From NCBI GenBank assembly GCA_030740435.1, contig JASLXG010000066.1, forward strand, positions 24,603 to 88,602: DNA of 64,000 nt, given 5' to 3'. Origin of the DNA: Alphaproteobacteria bacterium (lineage in GTDB: Bacteria > Pseudomonadota > Alphaproteobacteria > UBA2966). Under the pieces are notes generated by a model. The model searched no databases. It was not told where the DNA came from and saw nothing but the letters and a program-made list of their open reading frames with translations. The position numbers and the translations under genes are program-made. Of this stretch, positions 43,025 to 52,805 are shown piece after piece (the first letter of the stretch is position 1; every line of letters starts with the position of its first letter).

Positions 43025-45796
43025 GTGCTCAGCCTCGGAACCCTGGCCTTCGCCACGCCCTGGATGCTGCTGGCCCTGACGGCGCTGCCGCTGCTTTGGT
43101 GGCTTTTGCGCCTGACGCCGCCGGCGCCGCGCCGCGTTGTCTTTCCCGCCATCCAACTGCTGCGCGGGCTGGTGGCGCCGCAGGAGACGCCGCATAGCAC
43201 GCCCTGGTGGCTGTTGCTGCTGAGGTTGCTCATCGCCGTGCTGATCATCGCCGCCCTGGCCCAGCCCCTGCTCAACCCCGGCAGCCGCCTGGGCCCGCGG
43301 GGTGCCGTGCTGCTGGTGGTCGACGACGGCTGGGCGGCGGCGGCGGACTGGCCGCGCCGCCGTGCCAGCCTCGACAAGCTGTTGGCCGAGGCCGAGCGCA
43401 AGGGCCGCCCGGTGCTGTTGCTGACCACGGCGCCGCCGGCCGGCGGCGGCGCCTTACAGGTCTCCGAGGTGATGCCGGCGGGCGCCGCCCGCGAGCTGGT
43501 GGCGGCGCTCGAGCCCAAGCCCTGGCCGGTCGACCGTGCCGCCGCCCGCCGGGCCATCGCCGAGCTTGACCTGGGCGGCCCGGCCGACGTGGTTTGGCTC
43601 AGCGACGGCTTGCAGGCCATGCCCGGTGGCGACGCCGCCATTCTGCTGGCCGAGCGCCTGCAGCGCTTGGGACCGGTGCAACTGGTGGCACCACGGCCGG
43701 CAGCCCTGGCCAAGGTGCTGCTGCCGCCAGAGGCCGTCGGCACGCTGCTCTCGCTGCGAGCCTGGCGGGCGCCGACGGCGGCGGCCGAAACGGTCTGGCT
43801 GCGGGCGCTGGGCCAACGTGGCCAAGTGCTGGCGCGCCAGCGCCTCGAGTTCGCCGCCGCTTCCCAACATGCCGAACAGGTGCTGGAGTTGCCGGCCGAG
43901 ATGCGCAACCGGCTGGCCCGGCTGGAGCTCGAGAACGCCGGCACGGCGGCCGGCGTGGTGCTGCTCGACGAGCGCTGGCGGCGCCGCCCGGTGGGTCTTG
44001 TTTCGGGCAGCGCGAGCGGCCCCGACCAGCCGCTCTTGTCGAGCCTCTATTACCTCGAGCGCGCGCTGGCGCCTTTCGCCGAGATCCGCCAGGGCAAGGT
44101 GGCCAAACTGCTGGCCCGGCGGCTGGCCTTGCTGGTGCTGGCCGATGTCGGCCAGGTCGTCGGCCCCGACCGGGCCCGCATCGAGGATTGGCTTGACCGG
44201 GGCGGCGTGCTGGTGCGTTTCGCCGGTCCGCGCCTGGCCGAGCAGGCCGACGATCTGGTGCCGGTACCGCTGCGCGTCGGTGGGCGCAACCTGGGCGGCG
44301 CGCTGACCTGGACCCAGCCGGTGCGGCTGGCGCCCTTCGCCGCCACCAGCCCCTTCGGCGGCCTGGTGCCGCCGGACGACGTGCTGGTATGGCGCCAGGT
44401 GTTGGCTCAGCCCTCGCTGCAACTGGGCTCGCGCACCTGGGCTCGCCTGGCCGACGGCACGCCGCTGATCACCGCCGAGCGCCGCGGCCGGGGCTGGATC
44501 GTGCTCTTTCACACCAGTGCCGACACCAGTTGGTCCAACCTCTCGCTCAGCGGCCTCTTTGTCGCCATGCTGCAGCGCATCGTGGCCCTGGCCGAGGGCG
44601 TGCCGGGTGCCGCCACGACGGCCTTGCCGGCGCTCAGCGTGCTCGATGGCTTCGGCCGGGCAGAGGCCCCGCCGGCCACCGCCCGTCCCATCGCCGTCAG
44701 CGAATTGCAGGAAGCCGGGCTCGACGGCGTGGCGGTCGGGCCGGTTCATCCGCCGGGTCTTTACGGCAGCGCCCAGGCCCGCCATGCCCTTAACCTGGGC
44801 CCCTCGGTGGGCCATCCGGCGGCCCTGGCCGGTCTGCCCCAGGGCATCACGGTGTCGGGCTTCGCGGCCAGTCGCGAGGTTGATCTCAAGCCCTGGCTGT
44901 TGGCCGCGGCGGTGCTGCTGACGCTGATCGAATTTCTCCTCAGCCTGGGGCTGAGGGGCCTGTTGCAGAGCCCGCTCGGCCGCCGCGCCACGATACTGGG
45001 CGCCATCACGCTGGTGCTCCTGGCCCAGCCCCAGGCGGCCCGCGCCCAGGCCACCGACGACGAGTTCGCCCTGGCCGCCACGCTCGAGACCCGGCTGGCC
45101 TACGTCATCACCGATTTCGCCGAGATCGACGAAATGAGCCGGGCCGGCCTGAGCGGGCTGACGCGTCTTCTCGATCGGCGCACGGCGGTCGAGGGCGGCG
45201 AGCCGCTGGGCGTCGACCTGGAGCTCGACGAGTTGGTCTTCTTCCCGCTGCTCTATTGGCCCGTGCTGCCCGAACAGCGCCAACTCAGCCCGGCCGCCCT
45301 GGCCAAGGTCGACGCCTTCATGAAGAACGGCGGCACCATCCTCTTCGATACCCGCGACGAGCAGATGCTGGTGTCCCAGCCCGGTTTTGGCCGCCTGGGG
45401 GCCGGCAGCCCGGCCCGGCAGCGCCTCAGGCAACTTCTCAACCGGCTCGACGTGCCGCCGCTGGTGCCGGTGCCGCAGCAGCATATCCTGACCAAGGCCT
45501 TCTACCTGCTGCAACAGTTCCCGGGACGCTGGAGCGGCGGCCCGGTGTGGGTCGAGCGCCATGCCGGCGGTGTCAACGACGGTGTTTCGGCGCTGGTCAT
45601 CGGCAGCCACGATTGGGCCGCGGCCTGGGCCGTGGACGACCAGGGCCGGCCTCTGGCGGCGGTGGTGCCGGGCGGCGAACGCCAGCGCGAAACGGCCTTT
45701 CGCTTCGGCATCAACCTGGTGATGTACACGCTGACCGGCAACTACAAAAGCGACCAGGTGCACGTGCCGGCCATCCTGGAAAGGCTGGGGCAATGA
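43025..45796 (+). CDS. BatA-like membrane protein with an N-terminal double-TM domain (TIGR02226-like) and a C-terminal DUF4159-like domain
   Basis: The N-terminus PWMLLALTALPLLWWLLRLTPP...WWLLLLRLLIAVLIIAALAQPLLNP is the signature two-anchor domain. The C-terminus carries GGTILFDTRDE...INLVMYTLTGNY. Confidence 0.55.
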   Translation: MLSLGTLAFATPWMLLALTALPLLWWLLRLTPPAPRRVVFPAIQLLRGLVAPQETPHSTPWWLLLLRLLIAVLIIAALAQPLLNPGSRLGPRGAVLLVVDDGWAAAADWPRRRASLDKLLAEAERKGRPVLLLTTAPPAGGGALQVSEVMPAGAARELVAALEPKPWPVDRAAARRAIAELDLGGPADVVWLSDGLQAMPGGDAAILLAERLQRLGPVQLVAPRPAALAKVLLPPEAVGTLLSLRAWRAPTAAAETVWLRALGQRGQVLARQRLEFAAASQHAEQVLELPAEMRNRLARLELENAGTAAGVVLLDERWRRRPVGLVSGSASGPDQPLLSSLYYLERALAPFAEIRQGKVAKLLARRLALLVLADVGQVVGPDRARIEDWLDRGGVLVRFAGPRLAEQADDLVPVPLRVGGRNLGGALTWTQPVRLAPFAATSPFGGLVPPDDVLVWRQVLAQPSLQLGSRTWARLADGTPLITAERRGRGWIVLFHTSADTSWSNLSLSGLFVAMLQRIVALAEGVPGAATTALPALSVLDGFGRAEAPPATARPIAVSELQEAGLDGVAVGPVHPPGLYGSAQARHALNLGPSVGHPAALAGLPQGITVSGFAASREVDLKPWLLAAAVLLTLIEFLLSLGLRGLLQSPLGRRATILGAITLVLLAQPQAARAQATDDEFALAATLETRLAYVITDFAEIDEMSRAGLSGLTRLLDRRTAVEGGEPLGVDLELDELVFFPLLYWPVLPEQRQLSPAALAKVDAFMKNGGTILFDTRDEQMLVSQPGFGRLGAGSPARQRLRQLLNRLDVPPLVPVPQQHILTKAFYLLQQFPGRWSGGPVWVERHAGGVNDGVSALVIGSHDWAAAWAVDDQGRPLAAVVPGGERQRETAFRFGINLVMYTLTGNYKSDQVHVPAILERLGQ

Positions 45797-47901
45797 ACGG
45801 CGCCGTGGATGGCTCTGTAGCCTCTGTGGTCACCGGCTTCAGCGGCTTGATCTGGGCGCCGTTGCTGCCCTGGTCGTTGCTCGCCGGCCTCGGCGCCGGG
45901 GCGCTGATCATCGTCGGATATGCCGCGCTGCGGCGCGCCGGCGGCACGCTGTGGCGCCTGCTGGCCCTGTTTGTGGCCTTGTTGGCGCTGGTCAATCCCA
46001 AGCTGATCGAGGAACAGCGCCAGCCGTTGAGCGACGTCGTGGCCCTGGTGGTCGACCGCTCGGATAGCCAGGACATCGGCCAACGCCGGCAGGCGACGCA
46101 CCAGGCCACCGCGGCCTTGCGTGCGAAACTAGAGGGCTTCAAAGGCCTCGAGATACGCGAGGTGGCCGCCGGCGGCCGCCACAGCCGGCTTTTCGCGGCC
46201 CGCGACGAGGCCCTTTCCGATGTTCCCCCCAACCGCCGGGCCGGCACCATCATGATCAGCGACGGCCAGGTCGACGACGTACCCCAGGCGGCCGCCGGCG
46301 AGGCCCCGGGTGGGCCGCTGCACGTGCTGTTGTCGGGCCGGCGCGATGAACGCGACCGGCGCCTGGTGGTGGTCGAGGTGCCGAGCTACGGCATGGTCGG
46401 CGATCCGCTGGCCATGACGCTGCGCATCGAGGATCGGGGTGGGCCGGCGGCGGCAGGGCGAGCTTCCGCTCGTGCCCTGGTGACGATCCGCCGCGACGGC
46501 GGAGCGGCGCTGAAGAGAAGCCTGGGGATCGGCCAGGACGTTCGCCTGCCCTTCGTGCTCGAGCACGCCGGGCGCTCCATCATCGAGATCGAGGTCGAGG
46601 CCGGCCCGGACGAGCTCAGCTTGCGCAACAACCGCGCGGCGCTGCTGCTTAACGGCGTGCGCGACCGCCTGCGGGTGCTGCTGGTCTCGGGCGAGCCGCA
46701 CGCCGGCGAACGCACCTGGCGCAACCTCTTGAAGGCCGATCCTTCGGTCGATCTGGTGCATTTCACCATCCTGCGTCCGCCCGAGAAACAGGACGGTACG
46801 CCGGTCAACGAGCTCTCGCTGATCGCCTTTCCCATCCGCGAGCTGTTTGAGATCAAGCTGGCCGAGTTCGACCTCATCATCCTCGACCGCTACCGCCGCC
46901 GCGGCGTGCTGCCGCACGGCTATTTCCTCAACATCGCCAATTATGTCGAGGCCGGCGGGGCGCTGCTGGAGGCGGTCGGCCCCTCGTTCGCCGGCGCCAT
47001 GTCGCTGTTTCGCACACCGCTGGCCAACGTCCTGCCGGGCCGGCCGACGGGCCAGATCCACCGCCAGGGCTTCAAGCCCCGGTTGGCCGCCAGCGGCTTG
47101 CGCCATCCCGTCATCGCCGACCTGACGCCCGGCGGCGACGGCGGCGACGGCGGCGAGCCGGATTGGGGCCGCTGGTTCCGCATGATCGACGCCGATGCCG
47201 AGAGCGGCGAGGTGCTGATGCGCGGCGTCGCCGAGCGGCCCTTGCTCATCCTCGACCGCGTCGGTGAGGGCCGGGTGGCACTGCTGCTCTCCGACCACGG
47301 CTGGCTCTGGGCCCGGGGCTTCGAGGGCGGCGGCCCCCAGGCCGAGTTGCTGCGCCGGCTGGCGCACTGGCTGATGAAGGAGCCCGAGCTGGAAGAAGAG
47401 GACCTGCGTGCGACGGCGGCAGGAAACAAGATCGACATCGTGCGGCGCAGCCTGAAGCCCGGCGCTGCTCCGGTGACGGTGACACCACCCGGCGGCGAGG
47501 CTTTCGAGGTGGATCTCGACGAGGGTCCCGGTGGTCGCGCCAGCGCCCGCATCGAGGTGACGCGTGACGGCATCTATGCCGTGACCGACGGTCGCCACAA
47601 GACGGTGGTGCCGGTGGGCGATCCCAATGCCCGTGAACTGATCGACGTGCGCGCCACGTCAGAGCTGTTGCGGCCGGCCACCCGGGCGCAGGGCAGCATC
47701 CGCTGGCTCGAGGACGGCCTGCCGCGCTTGCGCCGCGTGCGGCCCGGGCGCGACGTTGCCGGCAGCGACTGGATCGCCATCCACGACAACCAGGCCTACA
47801 CCGTCGGCGGCGTCGAAGAGATGCCGCTGCTGCCGCCGCTGGCCGTGCTGATTCTGCTGCTGGGCGGCCTGATGGCGGCCTGGTATCGTGAGGGTCGGTA
47901 G
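45793..47901 (+). CDS. Membrane protein of the Bat/aerotolerance-like operon (N-terminal TM helices plus a GATase1-like region)
   Basis: Its ATG overlaps the upstream stop (cATGA). It has N-terminal TM helices and a C-terminal TM. Confidence 0.5.
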   Translation: MNGAVDGSVASVVTGFSGLIWAPLLPWSLLAGLGAGALIIVGYAALRRAGGTLWRLLALFVALLALVNPKLIEEQRQPLSDVVALVVDRSDSQDIGQRRQATHQATAALRAKLEGFKGLEIREVAAGGRHSRLFAARDEALSDVPPNRRAGTIMISDGQVDDVPQAAAGEAPGGPLHVLLSGRRDERDRRLVVVEVPSYGMVGDPLAMTLRIEDRGGPAAAGRASARALVTIRRDGGAALKRSLGIGQDVRLPFVLEHAGRSIIEIEVEAGPDELSLRNNRAALLLNGVRDRLRVLLVSGEPHAGERTWRNLLKADPSVDLVHFTILRPPEKQDGTPVNELSLIAFPIRELFEIKLAEFDLIILDRYRRRGVLPHGYFLNIANYVEAGGALLEAVGPSFAGAMSLFRTPLANVLPGRPTGQIHRQGFKPRLAASGLRHPVIADLTPGGDGGDGGEPDWGRWFRMIDADAESGEVLMRGVAERPLLILDRVGEGRVALLLSDHGWLWARGFEGGGPQAELLRRLAHWLMKEPELEEEDLRATAAGNKIDIVRRSLKPGAAPVTVTPPGGEAFEVDLDEGPGGRASARIEVTRDGIYAVTDGRHKTVVPVGDPNARELIDVRATSELLRPATRAQGSIRWLEDGLPRLRRVRPGRDVAGSDWIAIHDNQAYTVGGVEEMPLLPPLAVLILLLGGLMAAWYREGR

Positions 47902-47913
47902 CAGGAGATCGCC

Positions 47914-48819
47914 ATGTCATTTTCCCTCGTCACCCTCGACCTCGATGGCGCCACCGGCTGTCTCGAATTGGACGGCCGTTGCTGGCCGCTGCGTGCCACC
48001 GCCGAGCGGCTGGGCTTCGAGCTGCCCAACGCCCTGATCGAGCTTTTCGCCGACTGGCCGGGTAGCCAGATCCGCTTGCAGAACCTAGCCGACCGGGCAC
48101 CTCAAGACGCTCCCGAGCTGGCCCTGGAGACGGCCGGGGCGCAGCTGTTGGCGCCGCTCAGATACCCCGGCAAGGTGCTGTGCGCTGGGGCCAACTATTA
48201 CGACCATCTGGCCGAGATGGGCAGCGAGGACACGCGCAAGGAAGCCCAGCGGCTCTTTTTCTTCTTCAAGCCGGCCCGGACCGCCGTGGTCGGACCCGGC
48301 GCCACGGTGAAAAAGCCCGGGCGGACCGAGATGTTCGATTGGGAGATCGAACTGGCGGCGGTGATCGGCAAGACAGTGAAAGACGTGGCCGAGGAAGATG
48401 CCATGGCGGCCGTGGCGGCCTATACCGTGGCCATCGATTTCTCCGCCCGCGACCTCAATTTCGCCCCCGAGACCTTCTACAAGCTGGATTGGGTGGCGGG
48501 TAAGGGCCAGGACACCTGCTGCCCCACCGGCCCGCGCCTGGTGCCGGCCGAGGCCATAAAGGATCCCCAGGACTTAGGGCTCAGGCTGGCCGTCAACGGC
48601 CAGACCAAGCAGGATTCGCGAACCTCGCAGATGATCTTCTCGATCGCCGAGCAGATCGCCGAGCTCTCGTCGATCATGACGCTGGAGCCCGGCGACCTCT
48701 TGCTCACCGGCACCCCGGCCGGCGTCGGATTCCCCCAGAAAACCTTCTTGGAGGTGGGCGACCGGGTGACCGCCGAGATCGAGGGCATCGGGGCATTGGA
48801 AGTCGAGATCACGGCGTAG
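47914..48819 (+). CDS. Fumarylacetoacetate hydrolase (FAH) family protein
   Basis: FAH-domain motifs: FFKP...WEIELAAVIGK...GTPAGVG.... Confidence 0.8.
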   Translation: MSFSLVTLDLDGATGCLELDGRCWPLRATAERLGFELPNALIELFADWPGSQIRLQNLADRAPQDAPELALETAGAQLLAPLRYPGKVLCAGANYYDHLAEMGSEDTRKEAQRLFFFFKPARTAVVGPGATVKKPGRTEMFDWEIELAAVIGKTVKDVAEEDAMAAVAAYTVAIDFSARDLNFAPETFYKLDWVAGKGQDTCCPTGPRLVPAEAIKDPQDLGLRLAVNGQTKQDSRTSQMIFSIAEQIAELSSIMTLEPGDLLLTGTPAGVGFPQKTFLEVGDRVTAEIEGIGALEVEITA

Positions 48820-49328
48820 CGGCGAAGACACCTCCCGGGCACCACGGTGCCGGTAAGGCGAGCCAGGGCGCCGGGCACCAGTTCACGGGCCAGTAGGCGG
48901 TCGGCCGCTTCGCCCGGCAACGCGATGTCGCCCGCCAGGCGGTGCGAGAATCCGAAACGCCGGTAGTAGCCCAAGTCACCGGTCAGCAGCACGGCGGCGT
49001 GGCCGGCGGCCTGGGCCGCCGCCAGGCCGCTGCGCACCAGGGCGCTGCCGAGACCGGCACCGGCGAATTCCGGGGCCACGGCCAGAGGGCCCAGGATCAG
49101 CACCTCGATCAGCTGGCCCGAGCGGTATTCGCGCACCGCGGCGGGCCAGAAGCGCAGACTGCCAGTGACCGTGTCACCGGCCAGCGCCACGCGGCCGAGC
49201 TCGGTCAGCGCTGCCCGGCCGGCGCGCAGCCGTTCGATGGGTTTCAAATCGGGCGAGGGAAAGGCCTGGGCCAGCAGGCGGGCGATGGCGGCGGCGTGCT
49301 CGGGCCGCTCGGGGGATATGCTGAACAT
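48477..49328 (-). CDS. GNAT-family N-acetyltransferase; the ORF lacks a stop until 343 nt into the convergent FAH gene
   Basis: An acetyl-CoA-binding-like block (LGPLAVAPEFAGAGLGSALVRSGLAAAQAAGHAAVLL) fills the first ~170 aa. The remaining ~110 aa are antisense to FAH, which suggests a lost stop or an indel. Confidence 0.45.
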   Translation of the reverse strand: MFSISPERPEHAAAIARLLAQAFPSPDLKPIERLRAGRAALTELGRVALAGDTVTGSLRFWPAAVREYRSGQLIEVLILGPLAVAPEFAGAGLGSALVRSGLAAAQAAGHAAVLLTGDLGYYRRFGFSHRLAGDIALPGEAADRLLARELVPGALARLTGTVVPGRCLRRYAVISTSNAPMPSISAVTRSPTSKKVFWGNPTPAGVPVSKRSPGSSVMIDESSAICSAIEKIICEVRESCLVWPLTASLSPKSWGSFMASAGTRRGPVGQQVSWPLPATQSSL

Positions 49329-49550
49329 GACGGGCTCCGACAAAAAAGGGTGCAAACGCACCCCTGTCGCGAAAGCCGGGTGCGCGCTAGGAGGCTGGAC
49401 CGCCTCGTCGTCGCAGTGTGGTGCGCCGGATCGTCATGGCGGCGCATGTAGCATGGACGGGTCGCCGCCGCCAACCCCTTTTTGCCGCTCTGGACCGGCC
49501 GAACGAATCCCGCTAGCGTCCGGCAGCCCGCAAACCAACGCAGATAAGAA

Positions 49551-50165
49551 ATGTTCTATGAACCCAAGGACGGCCACGGCCTGCCCCACAATCCCTTCAA
49601 GAGCCTGATCGTGCCGCGGCCCATCGGCTGGATTTCGACCATCAGCGCCGACGGCATCGCCAATCTGGCGCCTTTCAGCTTCTTCAACGGCGTTTCCGAG
49701 GCGCCGCCGGCGGTGATGTTCGCGGCCAACGGCAAGCTCGACCGGGGCCGCCTCAAGGACACCCTGACCAACGTCGAGGAGACCGGGGAATTCGTCGTCA
49801 ACCTGGTCACCGAGGTGCTGACGGACGAGATGAACGCCACTTCGGCCCACGTCGATCCCGAGGTCGACGAGTTCGCCCTGGCCGGCCTGACGGCGACGCC
49901 TTCGCAACTCGTCAAGCCGCCCCGGGTGGCCCAGTCGCCGGCCCAGATGGAATGCCGCTACCTGCAGACCGTGGCGCTCGCCAGCTCCGATGCCGAGTGG
50001 CAGAACGCCGTGGTGCTGGGCGAGGTGATCGGCATCCACATCGCCGACGAGGCGCTGACGGCCGAGGGCAAGGTCGACGTCGCCCTGCTCAGACCGCTGG
50101 CGCGCCTGGGTTACATGGAATACACCGTCGTCGAGAAGGTCTTCAGCCTCGACCGGCCGGCCTGA
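49551..50165 (+). CDS. Flavin reductase-like FMN-binding domain protein
   Basis: LIVPRPIGWISTISADGIANLAPFSFFN is typical of the flavin reductase family. Confidence 0.7.
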   Translation: MFYEPKDGHGLPHNPFKSLIVPRPIGWISTISADGIANLAPFSFFNGVSEAPPAVMFAANGKLDRGRLKDTLTNVEETGEFVVNLVTEVLTDEMNATSAHVDPEVDEFALAGLTATPSQLVKPPRVAQSPAQMECRYLQTVALASSDAEWQNAVVLGEVIGIHIADEALTAEGKVDVALLRPLARLGYMEYTVVEKVFSLDRPA

Positions 50166-50175
50166 TCGAGGCGAT

Positions 50176-51369
50176 ATGACGGCTGAAGCGCCGCCCCAAC
50201 GCGAGGGCGAGACACGTTTTTTACTGGCCAGCTTTTCGCTCGGCCACATGGCCAACGACTGGGCCCCGGGCGCGGTCTGGCTGATCGCCCCGGCCATCGC
50301 TTTCGACCTCGGCCTCTCGCCTTCCGAGCTTGGCTTGCTCATCACCATTTCGGCCATCGGCGCCTCGCTGGCCTACTTCCCGGCCGGCCTGCTGGCCGAT
50401 CACGTGGCCCATCGTGGGCGCCTGCTGGCGCTCACCTTCTGGTGGGTGGCCATCGGCTTCTTCGCGGCCTCGTTCGCCACCTCGTTCTGGTCCATCGCCA
50501 TCCTGCTGGCCCTGGCCGGGCTGGGCGACGCGGCCTGGCACCCCATCGCCACCGGCGTCTTGGCCAAGCGCTGGCCCGCCCGCCGCGGCGAGGCGCTGGG
50601 CGTGCATGCCATCGGCGGCAGCCTGGCGGTGGTGCTGGCACCGCTGGCGGTGGGGTATCTGTTGGCCGTGCTCGACTGGCGCGAGGCGCTGAGGATCTCG
50701 GTGCTGCCGGCCCTGATCATGGCCCTGGTCTTTACCGTCTTCATCGCCCGCCGGGTGCCGCCGTCCGACGACAGCGGCACCACGCGCGGCGACGTGGGCG
50801 CCTTCTTTGCCGTCTGGTTGCGACCGCTCGGCCTGGCCTTCCTGACCATGGTCGTCGCCTATCACATGTCCTTCACGGCGGTGATGAGCATGACGCCGCT
50901 CTATTTGCAGACCACGCACGGCTACAGCCCGGCCCAGGCCGGCACGCTGTTTGCCGTCGGCCTGCTGGCCGGCACCGTCGTGCTGCCCTGGCTGGGGCGG
51001 GTCTCGGACCGCATCGGCCGCAAGCGGGTGGTCGTGGTGATGACGTTTTTTGGCGGCCTGCTGGCCGCCGGTATCGCCTTCGCCGGCCCCGGCCCCGCCC
51101 TGCTGCTCACGGTGGTGGGCGCCATCGGCATGCTGGTCGGCGTGCGCGCCGTGATCCTCGCCCTGGCCGTCGATTTCGCGGCCAAGCGCGAAGGCACGAC
51201 GCTGGGATTCGTTTTCGGCCTGATGGATGGGGTGGGAGCATTGGGGGCGGTTCTGGCCGGGCTGGTGGGCGAGGTCGATCTCAGCCGAGCCTTCCTGCTG
51301 GGCGGCGGCCTGGCGCTGGCCTCGGCGCTGCTGGCCTTGCTGTTGCCGCTACGCCGGGCGAGCGGTTGA
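50176..51369 (+). CDS. MFS transporter
   Basis: Twelve predicted TM helices. MFS loop motif GRVSDRIGRKR. Confidence 0.7.
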   Translation: MTAEAPPQREGETRFLLASFSLGHMANDWAPGAVWLIAPAIAFDLGLSPSELGLLITISAIGASLAYFPAGLLADHVAHRGRLLALTFWWVAIGFFAASFATSFWSIAILLALAGLGDAAWHPIATGVLAKRWPARRGEALGVHAIGGSLAVVLAPLAVGYLLAVLDWREALRISVLPALIMALVFTVFIARRVPPSDDSGTTRGDVGAFFAVWLRPLGLAFLTMVVAYHMSFTAVMSMTPLYLQTTHGYSPAQAGTLFAVGLLAGTVVLPWLGRVSDRIGRKRVVVVMTFFGGLLAAGIAFAGPGPALLLTVVGAIGMLVGVRAVILALAVDFAAKREGTTLGFVFGLMDGVGALGAVLAGLVGEVDLSRAFLLGGGLALASALLALLLPLRRASG

Positions 51370-51420
51370 ACCTACGTCCGCAGGGCGCCAGAATGTTGCT
51401 GTCGGATCCAGGAGGAAAGA

Positions 51421-52398
51421 ATGGGCCTATTGGTCGAAGGTCGTTGGCAGGCCGGCGGCAGGGACGCGCGCCAGACCGGGGGCCGATTCGTGCGCCAGGA
51501 TGCGCAGTTCCGCGACTGGATCTCGGCCGATGGGTCGAGTGGCTTCGCGGCCCAGCCCGGGCGCTATCACCTTTATGTCTCTTTTGCCTGTCCCTGGGCC
51601 CACCGCACCCTGATCTTCCGCACCCTCAAAGGCCTGAAGGCCGCCATCGAGGTCTCGGTGGTGCATCCCTTCATGGGCGACGATGGCTGGAGTTTCGCGG
51701 CCGGCCAGGGCGTCGTGCCCGACCCCCTCAACGGCGCCGAGTTCATGCGCGACGTTTACCTGGCGGCGGCGCCTCGTTACAGCGGCCGTTGTTCGGTGCC
51801 GGTGCTCTGGGACAAAGAGCGGCAAACCATCGTCAGCAATGAATCTTCCGAGATCATCCGCATGTTCAACAGCGCCTTCGATGCCCTGATCCCGGCGGCT
51901 GAGGCGGCACTCGATTTCTATCCCGAGGAAATGCGGGGCGAAATCGATAGGATCAACACCGAGGTCTACGACAACCTCAACAACGGCGTCTACAAGTGCG
52001 GCTTCGCCACCACCCAGGAAGCCTATGAGGAGGCCCTTACGGCGCTATTCGGCACCCTGGAGAGGCTGGAAGAAGTCCTCGGCCGCCAGCGTTATTTGGC
52101 TGGCGGGCGAATAACGGAAGCCGACTGGCGGCTCTTTGCTACGCTCGTGCGCTTCGACGCCGTCTACGTCGGCCACTTCAAATGCAACCTCAAGCGTATC
52201 GAGGACTACCCCAACCTGAGCCACTATCTGCGTGAACTCTACCAGCTGCCCGGTGTGGCGCCGACCGTCAACCTCGACCACATCAAGCGCCACTATTACC
52301 AGAGCCACGCCACCGTCAATCCCACCGGCATCGTGCCGGCGGGGCCCGAGCTCGACTTCAGCCGCCCCCACGACCGCGGCCGTTTGGCGGCAGCCTGA
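51421..52398 (+). CDS. Glutathionyl-hydroquinone reductase (Xi-class GST, YqjG/ECM4-like)
   Basis: CPWAHR active-site motif and a length of about 325 aa. Confidence 0.75.
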   Translation: MGLLVEGRWQAGGRDARQTGGRFVRQDAQFRDWISADGSSGFAAQPGRYHLYVSFACPWAHRTLIFRTLKGLKAAIEVSVVHPFMGDDGWSFAAGQGVVPDPLNGAEFMRDVYLAAAPRYSGRCSVPVLWDKERQTIVSNESSEIIRMFNSAFDALIPAAEAALDFYPEEMRGEIDRINTEVYDNLNNGVYKCGFATTQEAYEEALTALFGTLERLEEVLGRQRYLAGGRITEADWRLFATLVRFDAVYVGHFKCNLKRIEDYPNLSHYLRELYQLPGVAPTVNLDHIKRHYYQSHATVNPTGIVPAGPELDFSRPHDRGRLAAA

Positions 52399-52439
52399 GG
52401 CCCCACGAGGTTTCGTTACGTTCGGTGATGAAATGCGGG

Positions 52440-52634
52440 TTAAGCCGCGTCGCGTCCGGATTCGCTGTCCGCGGCTTCGTTGGCGGCTGTCGCCAACGCT
52501 GCCGGAGCCTCGCCTTGCTGTTCCGGCGTAGGCTGGTGCAGCTTCCCCGAATTAAGCGCCCAAAGAAAAAACACGACGCCAATGCCGCCAATCACCAGGA
52601 TCAAAGACAGAATGATAAGCGCACTCGATGCCAC
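52440..52634 (-). CDS. ccoS: CcoS/FixS-like cbb3 oxidase maturation peptide (64 aa), orphan
   Basis: LILVIGGIGVVFFLWALNSGKLHQ fits the FixS/CcoS consensus (L.L.GG.G...F.W.L.SGQ). No ccoNOQP or fixGHI genes are in the window. Confidence 0.5.
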   Translation of the reverse strand: MASSALIILSLILVIGGIGVVFFLWALNSGKLHQPTPEQQGEAPAALATAANEAADSESGRDAA

Positions 52635-52805
52635 GGTCCCAACCCCTCGTTGCTGCCGCCAATGTTACTTTTGGCGGCGGCGGATTTGTAGGTGAATCGT
52701 GTCCAAAATGAACAAGACCACGGAGCGCCGTCATTGCTCTGGCAAAATCGCGCGGCATCGTTCATGACTGGTTCAGCATCTCGAGTCTCTAGGAGTACCC
52801 CAAGA

